From positions 26,040,001-26,104,000 of the forward strand of contig OZ024764.1 in assembly GCA_964016885.1 (NCBI GenBank): a stretch of 64,000 nt of DNA, given 5' to 3'. The stretch is from Eledone cirrhosa. Its lineage: Eukaryota. Below, piece after piece: positions 14,708 through 26,529 of the stretch. How positions within the stretch are numbered: the first letter of the stretch is position 1; each line of letters opens with the position of its first letter. The notes under the pieces are model-generated. The model saw nothing but the letters and a program-made list of their open reading frames with translations. It was not told the origin of the DNA and ran no database searches. Both the position numbers and the translations under genes were made by a program.

Positions 14708-15316
14708 GTCAGGTCACCACTTCGTGCTACTGGTAACATGTATCCCAGTACAACCTGTCTCATGGTCGGGTCGTTGGCGACTAAACTGGCAACCCCACCA
14801 AGGTTTCTTGGTGAGGAGGGTGACTTTGGACATCCTGCAGGACTAAAAACAAAACCTGTAAAAGGGCAAAGGAGCTCTTAAGAGTCAATGGCCATCCAAA
14901 ATCACTGGGAGAGATGACCCCATAGCCTTTGTCAAGGCAGAATTCTAGGAGAAGGAAAACTCTGATATAACACCTGCAACCCTGATGGTATCCAATGATG
15001 TTGACTTGTTCTTCTTTTTGGTAAATATCATCTTGGTTAAGAGAGTGGGACTGGCTTTGTGCAGTGCCTTTGCTCACTATAAAAGCTTCACGGTATAGGC
15101 ATTGCTTTATATCTGGAGATCTCTCTGCACTTGTCGTCACATGGTACCAAAGGCAAAGCACTGTGTGTCGATAATTGTCACAAGTGTAGTGTTTGTACCA
15201 GAGTTTTCAAGTCGCTGGCTGGACTAAAAAGTCACACTCGTTCAGCGCATTGGTAGGGGTTCTCCTACATGGATATAAAGTAGTGGCCGTACTCGAAAAC
15301 GAGTTGGCAGCCACCA
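14708..15316 (+). mobile_element. Bipartite non-autonomous RTE-derived element, full-length copy B
   Basis: Highly similar to copy A; 15176-15256 reads [26 protein letters not shown]. Confidence 0.87.
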
Positions 15317-15726
15317 TATATGTATGTATGTATATATATATGTATATATGTATGTATGTATATATATATGTATATATGTATGTATGTATATATATATGTA
15401 TATATGTATGTATGTATATATATATGTATATATGTATGTATGTATATATATATGTATATATGTATGTATGTATATATATATGTATATATGTATGTATGTA
15501 TATATATATGTATATATGTATGTATGTATATATATATGTATATATGTATGTATGTATGTATATATATATGTATATATGTATGTATGTATATATATATGTA
15601 TATATGTATGTATGTATATATATATGTATATATGTATGTATGTATATATATATGTATATATGTATGTATGTATATATATATGTATATATGTATGTATGTA
15701 TATATATATGTATATATGTATGTATG

Positions 15727-15758
<32 letters not shown>

Positions 15759-15816
15759 TGTATATATATATATATGTATATATGTATGTATGTATATATA
15801 TATGTATATATGTATG

Positions 15817-15850
<34 letters not shown>

Positions 15851-16168
15851 TGTATATATATGTATGTATGTATATGTATGTATATATATGTATATGTATG
15901 TATATGTATGTATGTATATATATATATATGTATGTATATATATATGTATATATATATATATGTATGTATGTATATGTATGTATGTATATATATATGTATG
16001 TATGTATATATATATGTATGTATATATATATATATATGTATGTATGTATATATATATGTATGTATATATATATGTATGTATATATATATATATGTATGTA
16101 TGTATATATGTATGTATGTATATATATATGTATGTATGTATATATATATATATATGTATGTATGTATG

Positions 16169-16199
<31 letters not shown>

Positions 16200-16312
16200 A
16201 TATATATGTATGTATGTATATATATATGTATGTATGTATGTATGTATATATATATGTATGTATGTATGTATGTATATATATATGTATGTATGTATGTATG
16301 TATATATATATG
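15317..16312. repeat. (TA)n/(TATG)n microsatellite
   Basis: Direct inspection. Confidence 0.97.
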
Positions 16313-17553
16313 AACTTTGAAATGTTTTGGCCAGTATTGGCCCAGGCCATGTCTAACTTAATAGCACCACCTGGCGAAGTCTTTCAATTCAGGATTTGGG
16401 CACCATGGCCCATTCGAGAAGAGAATTACTGTTTGCGGAGACATATCCGGGTGTGGGTGGTTTGTCCGGGATTACTTGGAGGAATTTGTCCAAAGACTTC
16501 TTGAATTTTGTGTGGTCAGTTTCTGTTTTGACGTGTCCTGGTGTGATGTTGAAGAGAGCAGGGCCGATTGAGGTGAAATAATTGTGCCGTATTGTTGTTA
16601 TGAGTTGCGATTTAGATTTTTGAATGGGACGGATAGCACGGGGCCCAAGCCTTGGGTGTATCTTGAAGGCGATGCCAACATCATTTGGGCAGTGATGATG
16701 GAACATTTTCCACATCATGCAGATAATATAACGCTCACGGCGACGTTGGAGTGAGTAAAGTTTCAGGTTTTCCAATCGACCCCAGTAGTCAAGGTCTGAC
16801 ATGCCATCTATCTTTTTCGTGATTGCCCTTTGAGGAGCTTCAAGTTTCATGATACTTTGTTTCGTGTGGGGAGACCACAGTGGACAACAGTATTGAAGGT
16901 GTGGTCGGGCGAAAGTAGAGAAGAGAAGGATAATGGTGCGGGAATCTCTCGACTGGAAGGTTCTGAGGATCCAGGAACACATTCTGCGGGCCATGTCAAC
17001 TTTGCTGCTTATATGCGTGGTCCAGCTTATGTTGCTGTCCACGGTTACTCCCAAGTCTCTGATGTTGTTAGATGCCACGAGAGTTTCCCCGGAGGGAAGG
17101 GAGTACGGGAGTTTCAGAGCATCCTCTTTTCCAAAGTGGATCAGTTCGAATTTGTCTTCGTTCAGTAACATGTTGTTCTTTTCTGCCCATTGGGTAACAG
17201 CCAGTAGGTCTGACTGAAGGCTTATCCGGTCATCCACGCCATTGATGACCTTTTGGAGCTTGGAATCATCAGCGAAAATTTTAATGTTGCTGTGTTTGAT
17301 GATGTCAGTGATGTCATTAATATAGATGATGAAGAGAAGTGGGCCCAACACAGTGCCTTGTGGGACTCCACTACTGACTTTGGCTGGGCTTGATTTGACT
17401 CCCTCAACTACAACATGTTGGGTTCTGTTTGACAGGAAGCTCTTGATCCACTGCAGCAGCTTTCCAGTGACACCAATATTGGACAGCTTTCTCAGTAGAA
17501 TGTTATGATCAACCCTGTCAAAGGCCTTGCTGAAATCAAGGTAGATAACATCA
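16313..17553 (-). mobile_element. Shorter 5'-truncated copy of the same CR1-group LINE, inverted
   Basis: Reverse complement of 19337-20578 with only a handful of substitutions; protein nearly identical. Confidence 0.93.
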
Positions 17554-17659
17554 TGTATGTATGTATATATATATGTATGTATGTATGTATATATATGTAT
17601 GTATGTATATATATATATGTATGTATGTATATATATATGTATGTATATATATATGTATG

Positions 17660-17690
<31 letters not shown>

Positions 17691-17695
17691 GTATG

Positions 17696-17784
<89 letters not shown>

Positions 17785-17789
17785 GTATG

Positions 17790-17825
<36 letters not shown>

Positions 17826-17831
17826 TGTATG

Positions 17832-17880
<49 letters not shown>

Positions 17881-18532
17881 GTATGTATATATATATGTAT
17901 ATATATATGTATATATATATGTATGTATATATATATGTATATATATATGTATGTATATATATATGTATATATATATGTATATATATATGTATGTGTATAT
18001 ATATATATGTATGTATATATATATGTATATATATATGTATGTGTATATATATATGTATATATATATGTATGTGTATATATATGTATGTATGTATATATAT
18101 ATATGTATATATATGTATGTATGTATATGTATGTGTATATATATGTATGTATGTATATATATATGTATATATATGTATGTATGTATATATATATGTATAT
18201 ATATGTATGTATGTATATATATATGTATATATATGTATGTATGTATATATATATGTATATATGTATGTATGTATGTATATATATATATGTATGTATATAT
18301 ATATATGTATATATGTATGTATGTATATGTATGTATGTATGTATGTATATGTATGTATGTATGTATATATATATATATGTATGTATATGTATGTATGTAT
18401 ATGTATGTATGTATGTATATATATATGTATGTATGTATATATATATATATATGTATGTATATATATATATATGTATGTATGTATGTATGTATATATATAT
18501 ATCAAAAAAATATATAAATGTATATATATATA
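17554..18532. repeat. (TA)n/(TATG)n microsatellite separating the inverted CR1 copies
   Basis: Direct inspection. Confidence 0.97.
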
Positions 18533-20585
18533 TCAAAAAAATCAACAAGCTGAAATACTGTCAGCAGCAACACATCAACTTGACTGCCATTTCATCACTA
18601 GAGATTAAAAAACATAACCTCCAAAACAACATAATGTCCCTCATCAACAATCAGAGAAGAGCTGAAGAGGCCTGGGCCATTGAGAAGATCAAACTCAATC
18701 CCAAAGTGTTCTTTTCATTTGCAAAAAAACACAAAATCACTGGCTCTACTGTTGGCCCTCTAATTGATGAAAATGGCACTCTTCAAGACAATGCTAAAAC
18801 CATGGGTGAGATACTGCAGAAACAATACTGCTCCGTTTTCAGCAATCCTGATATGGCCGATCTGGGCTGTATCGGCGATGTTACTCCCCATTACACCTTA
18901 TCGGACATAACGTTTGGCGCCCCTGATGTCTTGGCGGCAATAAAGGAAATCAAGCATAATTCAGCAGTAGGTCCCGATAGGTTCCCTGCTTGTGTCTTGA
19001 AGGCGTGTCAACACCAACTTGCATCTCCTCTAGCCAATCTGTGGCGGAACTCACTGGATGCTGGATATGTGCCAGAAAACCTTCTATCCCAGTCTGTTGT
19101 CCCAGTTTTCAAAAAGGGAAACAAATCCCTTGCCGTGAATTACCGTCCAATCTCACTCACCTCTCATATAATTAAGGTATTTGAGCGAGTGGTAGATCGC
19201 GAATGACCCACTTCCTTGAGAGTAACAATATGCTGAACTCCAACCAGCATGGATTCCGTAATGGAAGGGATTGCCTGACGCAGCTACTGCATCACTTTGA
19301 TGACATTTTGAGAGCCTTGGGAGAGGGTTCCAACACTGATGTTATCTACCTTGATTTCAGCAAGGCCTTTGACAGGGTTGATCATAACATTCTACTGAGA
19401 AAGCTGTCCAATATTGGTGTCACTGGAAAGCTGCTGCAGTGGATCAAGTGCTTCCTGTCAAACAGAACCCAACATGTTGTAGTTGAGGGAGTCAAATCAA
19501 GCCCAGCCAAAGTCAGTAGTGGGGTCCCACAAGGCACTGTGTTGGGCCCACTTCTCTTCATCATCTATATTAATGACATCACTGACATCATCAAACACAG
19601 CAACATTAAAATTTTCGCTGATGATTCCAAGCTCCAAAAGGTCATCAATGGCGTGGATGACCGGATAAGCCTTCAGTCAGACCTACTGGCTGTTACCCAA
19701 TGGGCAGAAAAGAACAACATGTTACTGAACGAAGACAAATTCGAACTGATCCACTTTGGAAAAGAGGATGCTCTGAAACTCCCGTACTCCCTTCCCTCCG
19801 GGGAAACTCTCGTGGCATCTAACAACATCAGAGACTTGGGAGTAACCGTGGACAGCAACATAAGCTGGACCACGCATATAAGCAGCAAAGTTGACATGGC
19901 CCGCAGAATGTGTTCCTGGATCCTCAGAACCTTCCAGTCGAGAGATTCCCGCACCATTATCCTTCTCTTCTCTACTTTCGCCCGACCACACCTTCAATAC
20001 TGTTGTCCACTGTGGTCTCCCCACACGAAACAAAGTATCATGAAACTTGAAGCTCCTCAAAGGGCAATCACGAAAAAGATAGATGGCATGTCAGACCTTG
20101 ACTACTGGGGTCGATTAGAAAACCTGAAACTTTACTCACTCCAACGTCGCCGTGAGCGTTATATTATCTGCATGATGTGGAAAATGTTCCATCATCACTG
20201 CCCAAATGATGTTGGCATCGCCTTCAAGATACATCCAAGGCTTGGGCCCCGTGCTATCCGTCCCATTCAAAAATCTAAATCGCAACTCATAACAACAATA
20301 CGGCACAATTATTTCACCTCAATCGGCCCTGCTCTCTTCAACATCACACCAGGACACGTCAAAACAGAAACTGACCACACAAAATTCAAGAAGTCTTTGG
20401 ACAAATTCCTCCAAGTAATCCCGGACAAACCACCCACACCCGGATATGTCTCCGCAAACAGTAATTCTCTTCTCGAATGGGCCATGGTGCCCAAATCCTG
20501 AATTGAAAGACTTCGCCAGGTGGTGCTATTAAGTTAGACATGGCCTGGGCCAATACTGGCCAAAACATTTCAAAGTTATTCAAAG

Positions 20586-20587
<2 letters not shown>
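18533..20587 (+). mobile_element. 5'-truncated CR1-group LINE (second family), RT with one frameshift near 19197
   Basis: [19 protein letters not shown] then MTHFLE...[23 protein letters not shown]; tail TTCAAAGTTATTCAAAGTT. Confidence 0.93.
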
Positions 20588-20631
<44 letters not shown>

Positions 20632-20636
20632 ATATA

Positions 20637-21984
20637 TCATCATCATCAACGTTTAACGTCCGTGTCCCACGCTTGCATGGGTTTGGACGGGGGTATTCCC
20701 ACTTGAGGCAAGAGTGATTGTCTTGCTCGCATAGGACTGCCTGGCAGGTTTTCTACAGTTGGATGCCCTTCCTAACACCAACCACATTTACAGTGTGGGT
20801 CTGGGAGGTTTTTACCGTGTTGCCTACACGGCCACATTACAGCGTGGACTGTGTGTTTTTTTGTCGTGACACCTACACGATCTCATTTGTTTCGGCCTGG
20901 ATGGCGCGGCATCAACATAACTTTACATAGAACGGGGTGGTGTGGATGGGGTGGGGGTGGTTGGACCGGGTGTATTTTGTTAGATGGCTGTAGTAGGTTT
21001 TACTATGTATTTAGGTAAGGCGGGTCTTCTCTGTTACTGAGTACCGCCAAAGGTCTCGGTCCAGTGACATTGTCTTGGAGAGGTGTAAGTGTGTGAGGTC
21101 GGAGTTTATCAGCTCGTCCCAGGTTTTTCTAGGTCTGCCTATTCCGTGGCTACCGTCTATCTTTATTGCCCTGCACTTTGTTATACAGCTATCGTCCTTC
21201 ATGCGCATCACGTGACCATACCAACGTAGCCTTCTCTCGAGTAAACGACATCTGATCCCTCTTATTTTTAATTTTTTCCTTAGTTCGTTTATGCTTTGCC
21301 GTTCACATATATTACTGTTACACATCCAGCGGAGCATGCAAGCTTCGTTCCTCTCTAGTCTGCGTATATCCTCTGCACACAATGCCCAGGTCTCACTGCC
21401 ATGCAACATTGCTGTTCGTATGCAGGCATCATACAACCTGCCTTTCATTTTTAGGGAGAACCCTTTAGCGGCTAATAGTGGTATAAGCTCTCTGAACTTT
21501 TTCCAACCAGTTCTGACTCTAGCTACTGTACTTTCAGAGCACCCTCCCCCACTGCTGATTTTATCGCCCAGGTAACGGAAGCTGTCCACTATTTCTATAA
21601 AACCCTCTGCGCAGTTGAAAGAGTTAGTATTTGTGGGCACTTGCTGCTACTTATTGCACCAGAGCACCGGCCACATGTAAAATCTATGTTCTTAGTTAGC
21701 TTACCTGTGATCCCACTACATCTTTTATGCACCCATACTTTGCATTTAGGACATAAAATGGAGTTTCTACCTACGCCTTTCCTACACACTGAGCATGGCC
21801 ATTTCCCTGAAGGGAGTGCCGCCTTATTTTCTTTCCTACAAACTAGAACTTTAGTCTTAGCCAGGTTAATTTTAAGTCATTTTGATTCTAGGCCGTGCTT
21901 CCATGTTTGGAATTTCTTCTCTAGCTCGGCCATTGATTCAGCTATGAGCGTTAGGTCGTCTGCGTATAGAAGTTCCCATGGGCA
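20637..21984 (-). mobile_element. 5'-truncated RTE LINE (same family) with PHD-finger insertion
   Basis: 3' part nearly identical to 11693-12590; [33 protein letters not shown]. Confidence 0.93.
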
Positions 21985-22030
21985 TGTATGTATATATATA
22001 TATGTATGTATGTATATATGTATGTATGTA

Positions 22031-22062
<32 letters not shown>

Positions 22063-22307
22063 ATATATATGTATATATATATGTATGTATGTATATATAT
22101 ATGTATATATATATGTATGTATGTATATATGTATGTATGTATGTATATATGTATGTATGTATATATATATGTATATATATATATATGTATGTATATATAT
22201 ATGTTTATATATATATATGTATGTATATATGTATGTATATATATATATATGTATGTATGTATATATGTATGTATGTATATATATATGTATATATATATAT
22301 ATGTATG

Positions 22308-22338
<31 letters not shown>

Positions 22339-22395
22339 GTATGTATGTATATATATATGTGTATATATATATATGTGTGTATGTATATATATATG

Positions 22396-22426
<31 letters not shown>

Positions 22427-22694
22427 GTATATATATATGTATATATATATATATGTATGTATGTATATATGTATGTATGTATATATATATGTATGTATGT
22501 ATATATGTATGTATATATATATGTATATATATATATGTATGTATATATATATATATGTATGTATGTATGTATATATATGTATGTATGTATGTATGTATAT
22601 ATATATATGTATGTATATATATATATATGTATGTATGTATGTATATATATATATGTATGTATATATATATATATGTATGTATATATATATGTAT

Positions 22695-22728
<34 letters not shown>

Positions 22729-22847
22729 GTATGTATATATATATATGTATGTATATATATATATATGTATGTATATATATATGTATATATATATATGTAT
22801 GTATATATATATATGTATGTATGTATATATGTATGTATGTATGTATG

Positions 22848-22878
<31 letters not shown>

Positions 22879-22925
22879 GTATATATATCTATGTATGTAT
22901 GTATGTATATATGTATGTATGTATG

Positions 22926-22960
<35 letters not shown>

Positions 22961-23004
22961 GTATGTATGTATGTATGTATATATATATGTATGTATGTAT
23001 ATAT
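21985..23004. repeat. (TA)n/(TATG)n microsatellite
   Basis: Direct inspection. Confidence 0.97.
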
Positions 23005-23382
23005 AGGCAGAATTCTAGAAGGAAAACTCTGATATAACATCTGCAACCCTGATGGTATCCAATGATGTTGACTTGTTCTTCTTTTTGGTAAATATCATCT
23101 TGGTTAAGAGAGTGGGACTGGCTTTGTGCAGTGCCTTTGCTCACTATAAAAGCTTCACGGCACAGGCATTGCTTTATATCTGGAGATCTCTCTGCACTTG
23201 TCGTCACATGGTACCATGGGCCCTGCACTATGTGTCAATAATGGTCACAAGTGTAGTGTTTGTACCAGAGTTTTCAAGTCGCTGGCTGGACTAAAAAGTC
23301 ACATCGTTCAGCGCATCGGTAGGGGTTCTCCTACATGGATATAAAGTAGTGGCCGTACTCGAAAACGAGTTGGCAGCCACCA
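23005..23382 (+). mobile_element. Same element, 5'-truncated copy C
   Basis: Same 3' end, 5' truncation, in TATG repeat. Confidence 0.87.
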
Positions 23383-23418
<36 letters not shown>

Positions 23419-23840
23419 TGTATGTATGTATGTATGTATGTATATATGTATGTATGTATGTATATATATATATATGTATGTATGTATATATATATATATG
23501 TATGTATGTATATATATATATATATGTATGTATGTATATATATATATATGTATGTATGTATGTATGTATATATATATATATGTATTTATATATATATGTA
23601 TGTATATATATATATATGTATGTATGTATGTATATATATATATATGTATTTATATATATATATGTATGTATATATATATATATGTATTTATATATATATG
23701 TATGTATATATATATATATGTATTTATATATATATGTATGTATATATATATATATGTATTTATATATATATGTATGTATATATATATATATTTATATATA
23801 TATGTATGTATATATATATATATTTATATATATATGTATG

Positions 23841-23909
<69 letters not shown>

Positions 23910-23910
23910 A

Positions 23911-23943
<33 letters not shown>

Positions 23944-24016
23944 ATATATATATGTATGTATGTATGTATATATATATGTATGTATGTATATATATATATG
24001 TATGTATGTATGTATG

Positions 24017-24053
<37 letters not shown>

Positions 24054-24300
24054 GTATGTATGTATATATATATATATGTATGTATGTATATATATATATG
24101 TATGTATGTATGTATATATATATGTATGTATGTATGTATGTATATATATATGTATGTATGTATGTATATATGTATGTATGTATGTATATATATATGTATG
24201 TATGTATATATGTATGGATGTATGTATGTATGTATATATATATGTATGTATATATATATGTATGTATGTATGTATATATGTATGTATATATGTATGTATA

Positions 24301-24366
<66 letters not shown>

Positions 24367-24527
24367 TGTATGTATATGTATGTATGTATGTATGTATATA
24401 TATGTATGTATATATGTATGTATGTATATATGTATGTATGTATATATATATGTATGTATGTATGTATGTATATATGTATGTATATATATATGTATGTATG
24501 TATGTATGTATATATATATATGTATGT

Positions 24528-24568
<41 letters not shown>

Positions 24569-24599
24569 TATATGTATGTATATATATATATATGTATGT

Positions 24600-24640
<41 letters not shown>

Positions 24641-24671
24641 TATGTGTGTATGTATATATATATGTATGTAT

Positions 24672-24703
<32 letters not shown>

Positions 24704-24950
24704 GTATATATATATATGTATGTGTATATATATATATATGTATGTGTATATATATATATGTATGTGTATATATATATATGTATGTGTATATATATATATA
24801 TATATGTATGTGTATATATATATATATATGTATGTGTATATATATATATATATATGTATGTGTATATATATATGTATGTGTATATATATATATATATATG
24901 TATGTATAAATATATATATATGTATATATATATATATGTATGTATGTATG

Positions 24951-24999
<49 letters not shown>

Positions 25000-25134
25000 G
25001 TATGTATGTATATATGTATGTATGTATGTATATATATATGTATGTATATATATATTTATGTATATATATATATGTATGTATATATATATGTATGTATATA
25101 TATATGTATGTATATATATATATATGTATGTATA

Positions 25135-25185
<51 letters not shown>

Positions 25186-25211
25186 ATATGTATGTATATA
25201 TATATGTATAT
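23383..25211. repeat. (TA)n/(TATG)n microsatellite, about 1.8 kb
   Basis: Direct inspection. Confidence 0.97.
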
Positions 25212-25629
25212 AACATGGCTAGAATTCAAATTTTGCTAAGAGAAGAAAACGGTCAAATGAACTAGATACATCTCACTGTCCACACCACCACAATAACGTC
25301 TACACTCTCTCCCCACCATCACATGTCATTACCATACCATACCCTATCGAGACTAAAGTCATCGACCTGTTGTCAAACTCTCTACTCTCTGATGAATGTA
25401 TATATATATATGTGTGTGTATGTATATGTGTGTATATACATCACTCAGTCAAACAACCAGATTTCAACCCCAACATCTACAACAACAACAACACCGGCAC
25501 TAATGTTTACAGCAACAACAGCTTCAGAATGAACTGAAATGAACATTTACAACAATTACAACAACAACAACAACAGCGGCATCAAAACATAAAAAAAGGA
25601 AGGGAAAAGAAAAAAGAAAAGGGAAGGGG

Positions 25630-25660
<31 letters not shown>

Positions 25661-26158
25661 GAAAGGAAAAAAAAAAAAAACTCAAAATAACAAAACACAC
25701 ACACACACACATACACACACACACAACAGAACAACAACATCAACTGCCACCACCACCGCCACCGCCGTCGCCATCACCATCACCAGCGACCTTAAGAACA
25801 ACTTTAATAATAATTTTTCTGCTTTTGGCACGGATCCAGCGACTGGCCAGCGCATCACTGGTACTCTCTTTTGTTGACTCCGTGGAGAGCCATAACTCTA
25901 TGCTGTAAAGCAATTATAGTAATACTGGACTGTAATACGATCGGCTTCAACTATACAAACTCTTGAAAGTCAACAGTTGACATAATCTGGTAATCTTGTA
26001 TCAGTAATGACGGTAATATATATATATATATGTGTGTGTGTGCGTGTAAGTGAGTAGAGTAGCGTGTGTGTGTGTTTGTTGTGTGTGTGAGTGTTGCTGT
26101 GTGCACGCATATGTATGCGTGTGTGTGTATGTCGTACGTATAAGTGTCAATAAGTAAT

Positions 26159-26190
<32 letters not shown>

Positions 26191-26191
26191 T

Positions 26192-26492
26192 GCGCGGGGA
26201 CATAGAAATAATCGGGCTGGATGCCCGATCGCGTAGTTAAACCACTGGGAGTGAAGAACCCCTAGCCCATGTCAGGGTATTCTTCTAGGAGAAGGCATCT
26301 CAGGAAACTGGGTTAACTCCGATATAAAACCTGCGGCTCAGTAGTTACCGATGATGTTGATCTTTTCTTCTTTTCGGGTTATAGCTACTGTCGCTCAGAG
26401 AGTGGGATTGGTTCAGTGCACAGTCTTTCCTCACTTTAAAAATATTCGTCACGCACAGGCATTGCACGAGTGCATTAATAATCATTAATAGT

Positions 26493-26529
<37 letters not shown>

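Noticed and set aside
14708-14800. HDV-like ribozyme assignment (GACUAA-ACUGG resembles J4/2-P2)
   Set aside because: Could not place P3/L3 and P1.1 in the required order; kept as an unclassified structure
19190-19210. Programmed frameshift in CR1 RT
   Set aside because: A single missing base restores VVRSRMTHF; mutation or sequencing error is simpler
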